DNA of 64,000 nt from Candidatus Latescibacterota bacterium (GCA_965203175.1 OZ241867.1:640001-704000); one strand, 5' to 3'; counted from the first letter of the stretch, positions 44,702 to 56,095 are shown. Translations and numbers: made by a program. Notes: generated by a model from the sequence alone, not told the origin.

Positions 44702-46033
44702 ATGCGAATAGTCCCATTCTTCATTTGGGGGCCGTTGCTGTGGGCGTGTGGAGATGCGTCAGAAGTCCATTACGACACCTGCAATCGCCACGCCGAAGAA
44801 GGACGCTATGTCCAAGCCATTGCGGAGTGTCGCCGCGCCGTGGCAGCCGATTCTTCTTACGCAGAAGCCCACCTGCTTCTGGCGCGCCTACTGCTCAAAC
44901 ACGGCCAGCCCGAATTGGCGGCACAGCACTGCCAGCAGGTGATCGAACTCGAGCCGCAGCGCGCCGAAGGCTATTTCGCGCTCGGCAGGACATTTGCGCG
45001 CCAGCGCCGCAACGACGAAGCCGAAGTCGCGTATAGACAGGCCATCCAGCTAGACTCCAGCCGCGCCGCAACCTACCACCAACTCGCGGTCGTTCTCATC
45101 GACGACGACCGCTATGCAGCTGCGGGCGACGCGCTCCAAAAGGCCCTGTCGCTCCAGCCAAAGAATGCAATCATGCAGTACAGCCTAGGCATGATCTGCG
45201 AGCGCCAGGGTCAATACGAAGCGGCCATTGCCCACTGGCAGCAGGCCGCGCAGCTCGATTCCAGCTACGCCCAAGCCCACTACCAGCTAGGACAAATCTT
45301 TGCGAAAATCGGACGCGGCCAAGAAGCAGAGGCCAGCTTGCGCGCGGCACTGCGCCAGCAGCCCGCCCACGCCAAGGCGCGCATTGCGCTGGGACAGGTG
45401 CTGCTGCAACAGGGGCAACTCGCCGCAGCCGAGGCCGCTTGGCAGCAAGCCATTGCGTCCGACCCCTTTGAACCCGAGGCATTTCACCGGCTCGGCGCGC
45501 TCTATCTCCGGCAGGGGAAGGAAGCGGAAGGAGAACGATTACTCGCAGCTTTCGCGCGACTCCAAACCGCGAGCGAGGAAATCGGGCACTACCGCTACCT
45601 GCTACAGCTCTACCCAGAGGACTCGCACGCCCACTACAATCTCGGCGTACTCTACGCCGACCAAGGGCACCCCCAAGCCGCGATCGCCGAGTATCGCAAA
45701 GCACTGTCCATCAACCCAGCCGACCTCAGTGCGCGCAACAACCTAGCCAACATCCTCCTCAAGCAGGGGCGGTTGGCCGAGGCCATACAAGAGTACGAGA
45801 CCATCCTCCGCTACCACCCGCTCTACGTCCGCGCTTACAACAACTTAGGCATCACGTACATGCGCAGGGGCCAGCTAGACGCCGCGGCCCAAGCCCTGCA
45901 AAAGGCTCTCAGAATAGACCCCAATTTCGCGGACGCCCACTACAACTTGGGGCTGATTTATCTCAAACAGGGGCAAACGGCCCGCGGCGAGGCAACCATG
46001 GCGACCTACCGGCATTTGCAGGCGCGGCCATGA
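44702..46033 (+). CDS. TPR lipoprotein, copy 2 (paralog of 25368-26729)
   Basis: Likely start ATG 44702; lipobox LWAC; shared segments LLLKHGQ, ASDPFEPEA, HYRYLL.LYPED, INPADL.ARNNLANILL. Confidence 0.9.
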   Translation: MRIVPFFIWGPLLWACGDASEVHYDTCNRHAEEGRYVQAIAECRRAVAADSSYAEAHLLLARLLLKHGQPELAAQHCQQVIELEPQRAEGYFALGRTFARQRRNDEAEVAYRQAIQLDSSRAATYHQLAVVLIDDDRYAAAGDALQKALSLQPKNAIMQYSLGMICERQGQYEAAIAHWQQAAQLDSSYAQAHYQLGQIFAKIGRGQEAEASLRAALRQQPAHAKARIALGQVLLQQGQLAAAEAAWQQAIASDPFEPEAFHRLGALYLRQGKEAEGERLLAAFARLQTASEEIGHYRYLLQLYPEDSHAHYNLGVLYADQGHPQAAIAEYRKALSINPADLSARNNLANILLKQGRLAEAIQEYETILRYHPLYVRAYNNLGITYMRRGQLDAAAQALQKALRIDPNFADAHYNLGLIYLKQGQTARGEATMATYRHLQARP

Positions 46034-46053
46034 GGCAAATGCCCATTTTCTTG

Positions 46054-46084
46054 TTGACAAATACAACATATAGACTTTTATATC
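46054..46084 (+). promoter_or_regulatory. Sigma70-like promoter of secreted paralog 3
   Basis: TTGACA (46054) then AT-rich spacer and TTATAT/TATATC at 46078-46084. Confidence 0.6.
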
Positions 46085-46131
46085 AACATAAAGTTTAGCC
46101 CTCCCACCTCATTCAAGAAAGGGACTTCAGG

Positions 46132-47052
46132 ATGAAACGCTCGTATCTCGCCCTGATCCTAGTGCTCGCCGTCGCTGGAGTGGCCTTGGCCCACAACGGC
46201 GTAACGGGTTTTATCCCTACAATTCCAGACCCCAACGCCATGGTCATCGACGGCTCCGAAGACGACTGGGCCTGGATCGATCCAGACTTCATCATCGCGC
46301 CCGAGCAGATCGAGGCCCAAAGCGGCGACGGCACTGGTCTCGGCGGCAACGGCGTCCCGGACGACTGGTCGGCCAGCTATCGCATGGGTTGGAGTCCGCC
46401 GCCGGACAACTCCCTCTATTTATTCGCCCGCGTCACCGACGACACCCTCGGCGCAGCCGAGTCCGAGGTAAAGCGCAATTGGTGGAACGACGACTCCATT
46501 GAGTTCAACATGGACATGGACCACTCCGGCGGGCCGATGTCCTGGACGAGCACCGAGGAAGTGTACAACGGGTATCGCATCAACATCCACCCGCTGTTCG
46601 ACTCCCAACTCGGCGGCACCATTTCCATCGACTTGCAGGAGCCCGGCCTAGAGGACTGGGGGGCATTGCCGCCGTATTGCACCACTGCGGCCACCCTCCT
46701 GCCAACGGACGCCAGCCACCTGTCGGCCAACGTCGAGTACACGTACGAGATGAAAATCTCGCCCCCGTTCGTGCGCTACGACATCCTCGGTCCAGATTCC
46801 AGCATTCCGCACGTGTTCGCACCCGATCAGGTGATCGGTCTGCACACCCTGTGGATGGACCGCGACCGGGAAGCCCACGGGCAGCAGAGCATCTTTGGGC
46901 GCACGGGCAGCGGATTCAACACCGCTGCAAACGGCGACAATCTGTGTGACTACGTGATCATCGAAACCGTCGATCTGGCCAACTATCCGACCGTATCCAC
47001 GGCCGTAGAGCACACCACCTGGGGCCGCATCAAAAATCACATCAGCCGCTAG
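46132..47052 (+). CDS. Secreted acidic CBM9/DOMON-like protein with TWGRIK tail, paralog 3
   Basis: Signal peptide; IDGSEDDW, LFARVTDD, WWNDD..MDMDHSGG; ends TAVEHTTWGRIK. Confidence 0.88.
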   Translation: MKRSYLALILVLAVAGVALAHNGVTGFIPTIPDPNAMVIDGSEDDWAWIDPDFIIAPEQIEAQSGDGTGLGGNGVPDDWSASYRMGWSPPPDNSLYLFARVTDDTLGAAESEVKRNWWNDDSIEFNMDMDHSGGPMSWTSTEEVYNGYRINIHPLFDSQLGGTISIDLQEPGLEDWGALPPYCTTAATLLPTDASHLSANVEYTYEMKISPPFVRYDILGPDSSIPHVFAPDQVIGLHTLWMDRDREAHGQQSIFGRTGSGFNTAANGDNLCDYVIIETVDLANYPTVSTAVEHTTWGRIKNHISR

Positions 47053-47079
47053 CGCTCTGCATACCGGCAAGGCAGTAAA

Positions 47080-47114
47080 AAAGGGGACGAGGTTCAACAC
47101 ACCTCGTCCCCTTT
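47080..47114. terminator. Bidirectional intrinsic terminator
   Basis: 14-bp perfect stem AAAGGGGACGAGGT / ACCTCGTCCCCTTT with A- and T-tracts. Confidence 0.88.
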
Positions 47115-47154
47115 CTATTTCCTTTCGATCTTTTCGTCCAAAGCACCTTGTCCG

Positions 47155-48036
47155 CTAGGAGGTAATCTCAAGAGCCTCCACCTGCGCCAACAGCGTCTCG
47201 CGCTCGTCGGAACTCACGGCTCGCAACGGCCGCCGGGGGTCGCCGCACTCCATCCCAATGCGCTGACCGACCACGGCCAAGATACAGCCAAAATAGCCGA
47301 ATTGCGTCACCACGCCGTGAAAGGCATTGGCTCGTTCTTGGGCTGCTTGGGCAGCAGCCAGATCGCCCGCCTGATAGGCATTCCAAATGGCCATCCACAG
47401 TTCCGGAGCCGCGCACAAAGGACCATCGACCGACCCCACGGCTCCGACAGTCATGGCCGGCAACATCAGCTTGCCGCTGCCGATAAAGGCATCTAACCCC
47501 ATGCCGACGAATTCGATCAGGTTGGAGAATATCGGCGACGAGTGTTTCAAACCGACAGTTTGGGGCACTTCCTCGACTAGGCGCTGCATCAGAGCCGGAC
47601 TGACATCGAGACCAGTACAGCCAGGCAAATTGTAGATAAACAGCGGCCGGTCGGCCGCAGCCCCCACGGCCCGATAGTATTCTACCACTCCATCGTCGTC
47701 GCCCTGGTAGAAAAAGGGCGGCACCGCGCAGATAGCTTCCACTCCAGCTTGCGCTGCATGCGCCGCCAATTTTTCGGCCCGCGCCGTGGTGTTGGCTCCC
47801 ACGTGCATGATGACTTGAGTGCGTCCCGCGTTCTGGTCGGCGGAGATCTCGGCGATGCGCTGGTTCTCCTCGTCGTCGAGCAGGACGCTCTCGCCGGTGC
47901 CGCCGGCGACCCAAAAGCCGTGTACGCCGGCTTGTATATTGAACTCCATGGTGGCGCGGAAGGCCTCTTCGTTTAAGGTGCCATCCTCGTTTTTCGGACT
48001 GATAATCGCCGGTACCACCCCTTGGAACTGTCCCAT
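47155..48036 (-). CDS. Dihydrodipicolinate synthase/N-acetylneuraminate lyase family aldolase
   Basis: GGTGES, IMHVG, IYNLP, GLKHS Schiff-base Lys. Confidence 0.9.
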   Translation of the reverse strand: MGQFQGVVPAIISPKNEDGTLNEEAFRATMEFNIQAGVHGFWVAGGTGESVLLDDEENQRIAEISADQNAGRTQVIMHVGANTTARAEKLAAHAAQAGVEAICAVPPFFYQGDDDGVVEYYRAVGAAADRPLFIYNLPGCTGLDVSPALMQRLVEEVPQTVGLKHSSPIFSNLIEFVGMGLDAFIGSGKLMLPAMTVGAVGSVDGPLCAAPELWMAIWNAYQAGDLAAAQAAQERANAFHGVVTQFGYFGCILAVVGQRIGMECGDPRRPLRAVSSDERETLLAQVEALEITS

Positions 48037-48138
48037 GTTTTCCTCCTTAGTACCACATTGTTATACTACCTCAGCAGCCTTTCAATATAGGCGTCGATTT
48101 CTCCCCTTCCAACACTCAAACCACCAGGAGAGGATGGT

Positions 48139-49311
48139 ATGAAGACCTATCGCGTAGCCATACTGGGTTGCCGGGGCCGCGGCACGGCCGCAGCACGCGC
48201 GTACCACGCCCACCCCCGCACGGAAATCGTCGCCCTCTGCGACCTCGTGCAAGACCTGCTCGACACCCTAGGCGACGAACTCGGTGTCGCGGCCCGCTAC
48301 ACCGACCTAGACGAGATGATGGACCAGCACCAACCCGACATCGTCGCCATTCCCACCGGCACGGAATTCCACCACTCGCTGGCGCTGCGCGTACTCGAAT
48401 ACGGTGCCCACATCGACATTGAAAAACCCCTGTGCGTCGATTGCCAAGAAGCCGACGAGGTGCTGGCCAAGGCCCGCGAAAAAAACGCGCGCATTGCCGT
48501 GCATCACCAAGGGCGCGTCGGCGTCTATATGAAAGCCGTGGCCAAAGCCCTTGCCGAGGGACGCATCGGCCAGTTGCGCCACATCCACGGCCACGGCAAG
48601 AACTACTATGGCGGCTACAACCTAATGAACATCGGCACGCACATGATCAACAACATGATCAAGGTCACCGGCCCGTGCCACAGCGTCGCGGCCACCGCCA
48701 CCACCGATGGCCACCCCATCACCCCGACGGATGTGGTGCCCTCTGCGCAGGGCATGGGCACCATCGCCGGCGAACACATCACTGCGACGCTCAGCTTCGC
48801 CGCCGACGTCACCGCAACCCTCCTGCAACACCGCTTTCCCACCGCGGTCAATCCAGTGATAGAATTCTGCGGCAGCGAAGGCCGCTTAGTGCTCTCGCAG
48901 CTCGTCTGGAAAAGGGACCTCGGCGCGTTCCTGCTGCCGCAGCCCCACTACGCCCTCAACGACCAAAGAGAACCCTATGAAGTGCTTCCGCCCATCTACT
49001 GCGAGAGCTACGATCCGCAGAGTTCCGCTCACCCAGACGACTACGCCTATGTAGAGGAATACGTCGCGGCACTCGACGAGGGCCGCGAGCACGAATGCAG
49101 CGGCCAAGCCGGCCATCACATCGTGGAAATCATGATGGGCATCTTCGAATCTGCCGCGTACGGCAAACGAGTGGACTTACCCCAACAGGACCGCGCCCAT
49201 CCCCTCCTGCGCTGGCGGAGCGAAAACGGCCTGCCCCCACCCGATCCCATGCCGCGTCCATACAAAGAGTGGCTGGCGGCAGAGGACGTGCGCTTGGGGA
49301 GGAATGGTTAA
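48139..49311 (+). CDS. Gfo/Idh/MocA family oxidoreductase
   Basis: VAILGCRGRG, IEKPL, LMNIGTH; RBS AGGAG. Confidence 0.9.
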   Translation: MKTYRVAILGCRGRGTAAARAYHAHPRTEIVALCDLVQDLLDTLGDELGVAARYTDLDEMMDQHQPDIVAIPTGTEFHHSLALRVLEYGAHIDIEKPLCVDCQEADEVLAKAREKNARIAVHHQGRVGVYMKAVAKALAEGRIGQLRHIHGHGKNYYGGYNLMNIGTHMINNMIKVTGPCHSVAATATTDGHPITPTDVVPSAQGMGTIAGEHITATLSFAADVTATLLQHRFPTAVNPVIEFCGSEGRLVLSQLVWKRDLGAFLLPQPHYALNDQREPYEVLPPIYCESYDPQSSAHPDDYAYVEEYVAALDEGREHECSGQAGHHIVEIMMGIFESAAYGKRVDLPQQDRAHPLLRWRSENGLPPPDPMPRPYKEWLAAEDVRLGRNG

Positions 49312-49335
49312 TTCAACGACTGACGGGAGCTCAAC

Positions 49336-50172
49336 GTGAACGACACTGAAAAATTCCTCTTCGACTTGCAGGGCTTCATCGTCGTCCGCGGGTTTCTCTC
49401 GCAACGCGAAGTCAAAGCCCTCAACGACGCTTTCGACGCCAACTGGGATCAGCGCCGCGAAGACCCAATCGGCGATCCCAGCGGCAACATGGCTGGGCTG
49501 CATAAACGCAGCATCCTCACCGGTATGCTCACCTATGAGCAGCCCCATTGCCAGCCCTTCCGCGACCTGCTCGCGCACCGCAAGCTCCTGCCCTACCTCG
49601 ACACTCTGCACGGACGCGGCTGGAAGCTCGACCACGAGCCGCTCATGATCACCGGTTCCAAGGGCATCGAAGGCCTGCGCATCCACGGCACCACCAACGT
49701 CCTCTTCAATGGCTCCCGCTTCTACGCGTACACCAACGGCCAGATGCGCTGCGGCCTGCTCGTCGTCCAGTACACTTTGCACGACCAAAACCCTGGCGAC
49801 GGTGGCCTCTGCGTCATTCCGGGCAGCCACAAGGCGAACTTTTCCTGTCCTCCGAAAATTACGACTTGGGAGGAGCACCAAGAGGTCGTGTACCAAGTGC
49901 CCTTGAAGGCCGGCGACATGGTCATCTTCAGCGAGAACACCTTGCACGGCACCCTGCCGTGGCAGGCGGACCACGACCGCCGCGCCCTGCTCTACCGGTA
50001 CACGCCGAAGTACCTGCACTACGACGGCGGCACGTACGAGGTCGCGCAGCCAGCATGGGTGTCAGAATTGACTGAAGCGCAGCAGGCGGTGCTCGAACCA
50101 CCCTACATCTACCACCACCCCCTCATAGAACCAGACGGCGAAACCGTGGTCCGTCCACGCCGCGAGGATTAG
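49336..50172 (+). CDS. PhyH family Fe/2OG oxygenase (HxT variant)
   Basis: FLFDLQGF, IHGT, IPGSHKANF, GDMVIFSE...HGTLPW, RRALLYRY. Confidence 0.88.
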   Translation: MNDTEKFLFDLQGFIVVRGFLSQREVKALNDAFDANWDQRREDPIGDPSGNMAGLHKRSILTGMLTYEQPHCQPFRDLLAHRKLLPYLDTLHGRGWKLDHEPLMITGSKGIEGLRIHGTTNVLFNGSRFYAYTNGQMRCGLLVVQYTLHDQNPGDGGLCVIPGSHKANFSCPPKITTWEEHQEVVYQVPLKAGDMVIFSENTLHGTLPWQADHDRRALLYRYTPKYLHYDGGTYEVAQPAWVSELTEAQQAVLEPPYIYHHPLIEPDGETVVRPRRED

Positions 50173-51042
50173 TCAGCCCTGCCACTCCAAATTGATGCTC
50201 GTGTACCCGTCTGTATAGCGGCGCAAACGATCGGGTAGGTTGGCCAAAAACCACTGGCCTTCCTCAGGAATTTCCCAAGGGATGTCGATGCGGTGACTGC
50301 GGGCGCGGAAGCCGATGCCGCAGGAGAGGCGCGTCTCTTCAATCCGATTGGGGAACGCGCCGTGATACGTGCGATGGGCGAAGACGATCATGTCGCCGCC
50401 ATTGGTGAAAAGGGGAACGAGGCCGGGGATATCGAAGCCGTTGTACGCGCGTTCCTCCGTGCCCTCCGGGTAGAAGGAGCTCCGGTTGGCCGTCATACAG
50501 AATCCCTCCGGCCCCTCCCAGTCCTCGACGTGAGAATCCTCAATGACGCACAAACCGCCGTGCTCGGGCCGCGAACCGGTCAGGTAGAACCACTTGCCCG
50601 ACGGCCACAGCCCGCGATTGAGAACGTCGCCCGAATGCTTGATCTCGGTCGAATAGCCGCACCAATCGGTATGCCAAGCTACAGGGGCGGAACCGGTCCG
50701 GCGGATGATGGCGGCCGAGCGGTGGAGCGTCAGTTCATCCGTGCCGATCAGGTGCCGGTGAATGTCCATAAAAGGCTCGTAGTCGAGCACCTCCCAGGCG
50801 CCGGGGCCGGACTCGACCCAAGCGTGCCGCGTGCGGCTCTCGCCCGGCTGCAACGTGCGCTCTGGGTCCGCACCGTCCCACACCGCCTGCTTGAGCTTGG
50901 CGACGATCTCCGGCGGCAGCACGTCTTTGATTATCGCGAAGCCGTGCGCCGCCAAGCACTCGTCCATCGCGTCGAGCTCGTCGGTGGCGAACTCATAGCG
51001 GTAGCCCAAATCCGGCTTCTGAATGTGCGAATAGTCTTCCAT
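50173..51042 (-). CDS. PhyH family Fe/2OG oxygenase
   Basis: Start reassigned to ATG 51042 (RBS AAGGAGG); WHTD, VIEDSH, TYHGAFPN, R. Confidence 0.85.
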   Translation of the reverse strand: MEDYSHIQKPDLGYRYEFATDELDAMDECLAAHGFAIIKDVLPPEIVAKLKQAVWDGADPERTLQPGESRTRHAWVESGPGAWEVLDYEPFMDIHRHLIGTDELTLHRSAAIIRRTGSAPVAWHTDWCGYSTEIKHSGDVLNRGLWPSGKWFYLTGSRPEHGGLCVIEDSHVEDWEGPEGFCMTANRSSFYPEGTEERAYNGFDIPGLVPLFTNGGDMIVFAHRTYHGAFPNRIEETRLSCGIGFRARSHRIDIPWEIPEEGQWFLANLPDRLRRYTDGYTSINLEWQG

Positions 51043-51057
51043 GATTTTCCTCCTTGC

Positions 51058-51087
51058 GTAGGGGACGGTTTGCAAACCGTCCCCTAC
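51058..51087. repeat. REP-like perfect 30-bp palindrome
   Basis: GTAGGGGACGGTTTGCAAACCGTCCCCTAC; GTAG at both 5' ends. Confidence 0.8.
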
Positions 51088-52610
51088 AGGGCACCGTCTG
51101 CCAGCGCCAGCTCGTAGCAGGCGGCCTCGCTGTCCGTGCGCACCAACAGATAGGGTGTGGCAAGGGCCGGGGGATTCCAAGTTTTGCCAGCAAAGGCCGT
51201 CATGCGCGCTAGTTCGACGTGGCGGTCGGGGCGGGCCTCGACCAGTACCACGTCGCCCGATTCGCTCATTATCAGCAGGATATCGTCTATCAGGATGAGC
51301 TGGCCGTGGCCGTAGCGCCCGCGTTTCCAGCGGCGCTTGCCGTCTTGCGGGTCGAGGCAGACCAGCACCCCATCGTCGAGCCCATAGACAAAACCATCGC
51401 GATAGACCATGTTGGCAAATTTGGCCTTGAGCCGGGGGCTTTTCCAGACGATATCGCTCGTCAAGCCGCCGTCGGGTGCGGCGTTCACTTGATACAGCTT
51501 GGCGCCAATGCCGTAGCCAGTGGAGACCAAAACCCGGTCTCCGGGCAAGGGCAGGGGGTTGGCAACGCATTCGGCCTGATCCCAGGGCTGGCGCCAGAGG
51601 GGAGCTCCGCTCTGCGGATCGTGCGCGACGACGCTGTAGCTGTTGAAAATCAGGACCTGCTCGCGTCCAGCCAAGGTGACCAGACGCGGCGAGCTGAAGC
51701 CGGCCTTGTCCGTGCCCCCGCCCCAGACAAACGCGCCGGTTTGGCGGTGATAGGCCACTAGCGAGCGCTCATCCGGGCCTCCGGCACTGACCACGACCAA
51801 GCTGTCGAGGACCAACGGCGAACAGCTAATGCCCCACATATGGGCCTTCGCCTGGTTGCTGGTGATAATGTCCCGCGACCAAACCAACTTCCCACTGTCC
51901 AACTCCAAGCAGTTGAGGATACCAGTAGCGCCCAGCGTGAAAACCCAGTCTCCAGCAATGGTGGGCGTAGCGCGCGGGCCGATGCCGGCTATGGCGGTCT
52001 CGTAGCGGGTCGAATCGGCGTGTTGCCAGAGCTTGCGGCCCGTTGCCAAGTCGTAGCAGACGACCTGTTCCTCGGGACCGTGTTGCTCCTGAGTTACGGC
52101 CCGGCCACCCACAATGGCAAAGGAGGACCAAGCGGCACCGACGGGGCGACGCCAGACTTCGCGCGGCGGGTGCTTGGTCCAGTCGCGCTCAAGGTGGATG
52201 CCGCGCAGGCGGTTGTTGCGCTCGGGGCCGAGAAATTGCGGCCAATCGCGGGCGTCGAGCGCGGTCGCGTCACCTCCTTCGACCGCGGTGGCTTCGTCCT
52301 CAGTACTCCAACGCCATTCGAGGACCGGTACGAAGTCGCCACTCATACCCTTAATGCGAAAAAGTCCAACACCAAGCGCAATGGCGAGGACGGCACCGCC
52401 AAAATAGCGCAGGCGCCGTCCCCAAGCTAGCCGCGACGCAAAGAGCAACCAGAGCAACGCGAAGAAAATGGCAAGCATGAAGGTGGCCATGGTACTCATC
52501 ATCTGTCGCTGTCGATGAGGGGCTTCGGGCAACCAGATCCACAGAAGCGCCAAGACGACAACGCCTCCGAGCAGATAGAGGGGCCATAAGCGAGGGCTGG
52601 TCGAGGACAT
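51084..52610 (-). CDS. PQQ-like beta-propeller repeat membrane protein
   Basis: Start ATG 52610; three N-terminal TM helices, DWPQFLGP.R, GPRATPT, CSPLV, KTWNPPAL. Confidence 0.88.
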   Translation of the reverse strand: MSSTSPRLWPLYLLGGVVVLALLWIWLPEAPHRQRQMMSTMATFMLAIFFALLWLLFASRLAWGRRLRYFGGAVLAIALGVGLFRIKGMSGDFVPVLEWRWSTEDEATAVEGGDATALDARDWPQFLGPERNNRLRGIHLERDWTKHPPREVWRRPVGAAWSSFAIVGGRAVTQEQHGPEEQVVCYDLATGRKLWQHADSTRYETAIAGIGPRATPTIAGDWVFTLGATGILNCLELDSGKLVWSRDIITSNQAKAHMWGISCSPLVLDSLVVVSAGGPDERSLVAYHRQTGAFVWGGGTDKAGFSSPRLVTLAGREQVLIFNSYSVVAHDPQSGAPLWRQPWDQAECVANPLPLPGDRVLVSTGYGIGAKLYQVNAAPDGGLTSDIVWKSPRLKAKFANMVYRDGFVYGLDDGVLVCLDPQDGKRRWKRGRYGHGQLILIDDILLIMSESGDVVLVEARPDRHVELARMTAFAGKTWNPPALATPYLLVRTDSEAACYELALADGAL

Positions 52611-52615
52611 AGGCA

Positions 52616-53689
52616 CTATACGCCTCCAGTGACGATCTCCAAGCGGACCCAATCGCCGCTGGCGACCGAGCGGGCAATGGCGGCCATGGCCCGCATCGTT
52701 TGAGTTCCATCCTCCACATCGGCCCCCGTCTGGGGCGCGCCGTGGAGAACGACGTCGGCAAAACCTTCGAGTTGTAGCCGGTAGAAATGCGCGTCGGCCC
52801 CTAGCGGCCGGCGATATTGGCCGTCGCGCGTGGAGAAGCACTCGACATCGCTGGATTTCAAAAACCACGGCAGGTAGGTTTTGCCGACGACGCTGCCGTG
52901 TTCTCCGTAGATGTGAAAGCCCTCGTGGTAGTCCATGCGCACGGCGACCGTCAGATCGAGATGTCCCTGACCGCCGTTGGCGAACTCCACTTCGACGAAC
53001 CAAGAATACGCCCCGAACATCTCCTTGCACCGCCCGCGCACGGCCGCGAGCGGGCCACCCAAAAAGCGGGCTAGGTCGATGAGATGCGAGCCGTGGGTCA
53101 GCATGAAGTAGCGCTGCTTGTCGCCCTTGGGATCGCCCACTGGTTTGCGCGCTGCTTTGCTGTGCAGCGGCAGAGGCTGGAGGTTATCAGTCATAGTATA
53201 GCGATAGGTCGAATCGCAATACCAAGCCTTCAGGGCCAACAGCGACCCCATTTCCTCTCGGATGAACTGCCGGGCAAAAGCAATGCCGGGGTCAAAGCGC
53301 TTCATGTGGCCGACCTGGAGCGTATAGCCCGAGTCGGTCACGGCCCGGCGCAAATCCTCGCACTCCTCCACGCTCGTCCCCAACGGCTTTTCCACAAAGA
53401 CGTGTTTGCCGGCCGCCAGCGCCTGCAAGCTGAGCGGGACGTGGAACTGATCAGCCGTGGCGATGATGACCGCTTCCACCTGCGGGTCCGCGAGCATGTC
53501 GGCAAAATCGGCGTAGGTCTTCTCCGGCTGGTGAACGGCGGCCATGCGCTCGACTAAGTCCGGCGCTTGGTCGCAGAGCGCATAAAGGCGCGTATTGCGG
53601 GCCTTTATGCACGACTCAAAGTGGGCGAATTGAGCGATGGGGCCGCAGCCCAACACGCCGATGGACAGGACCTGACTATCCTTGTTCAC
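52616..53689 (-). CDS. Gfo/Idh/MocA family oxidoreductase
   Basis: IGVLGCGPIA, VFVEKP, GHMKRFDP, THGSHLID. Confidence 0.92.
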   Translation of the reverse strand: MNKDSQVLSIGVLGCGPIAQFAHFESCIKARNTRLYALCDQAPDLVERMAAVHQPEKTYADFADMLADPQVEAVIIATADQFHVPLSLQALAAGKHVFVEKPLGTSVEECEDLRRAVTDSGYTLQVGHMKRFDPGIAFARQFIREEMGSLLALKAWYCDSTYRYTMTDNLQPLPLHSKAARKPVGDPKGDKQRYFMLTHGSHLIDLARFLGGPLAAVRGRCKEMFGAYSWFVEVEFANGGQGHLDLTVAVRMDYHEGFHIYGEHGSVVGKTYLPWFLKSSDVECFSTRDGQYRRPLGADAHFYRLQLEGFADVVLHGAPQTGADVEDGTQTMRAMAAIARSVASGDWVRLEIVTGGV

Positions 53690-54062
53690 GCGCTGGGCAA
53701 AATGGCGTACGCTTCGATCTCGACGACCAGATGCGGCTTGAGCAGCGCGGCTATGACGACCAAGGTCGAGGCCGGCAAAATCTCGCCAAACACCTCGTGG
53801 TGAGCGCGGGTGACGCCAGCGGCATGGTCCACATCCGTGATGTACACGACCGTCCGCACCACGTCTTCGAGGCTAGCACCGGTCTCGTCGAGGGCCTTGG
53901 CGATAATCCCCAATGCACCTTTGGCCTGCTCGTAGGCATCGCCCTGGTCATGCGGCGGCTGAGCGCAAGTGCCAGCGACGTGAACGTGACGGTCCACGCG
54001 CACGGCGCGCGAATAGCCAAACTCCGCGCCAAACGCACTGCCGGTCGCTATGTTTTTGCGTT

Positions 54063-54066
<4 letters not shown>
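53686..54066 (-). CDS. RidA/YjgF family protein
   Basis: GYSRAVRV, DVVRT, PASTLV, VEIEA. Confidence 0.92.
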
Positions 54067-56000
<1,934 letters not shown>

Positions 56001-56095
56001 GAGCAATAATTACGGAAAATTAGCGATTATGGGCTACTCCGCTGCCCGCTAATTTGCCATCTTCTCAGCCTACCTTTCTCCACAGGAGCCCCCCC

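Noticed and set aside
51043-53030. Long N-terminal extensions in the ORF track (50173-51570, 51084-53030; also 15208, 20611, 36432, 61665)
   Set aside because: They overlap neighbouring real genes; internal ATGs with RBS or signal peptides give better starts
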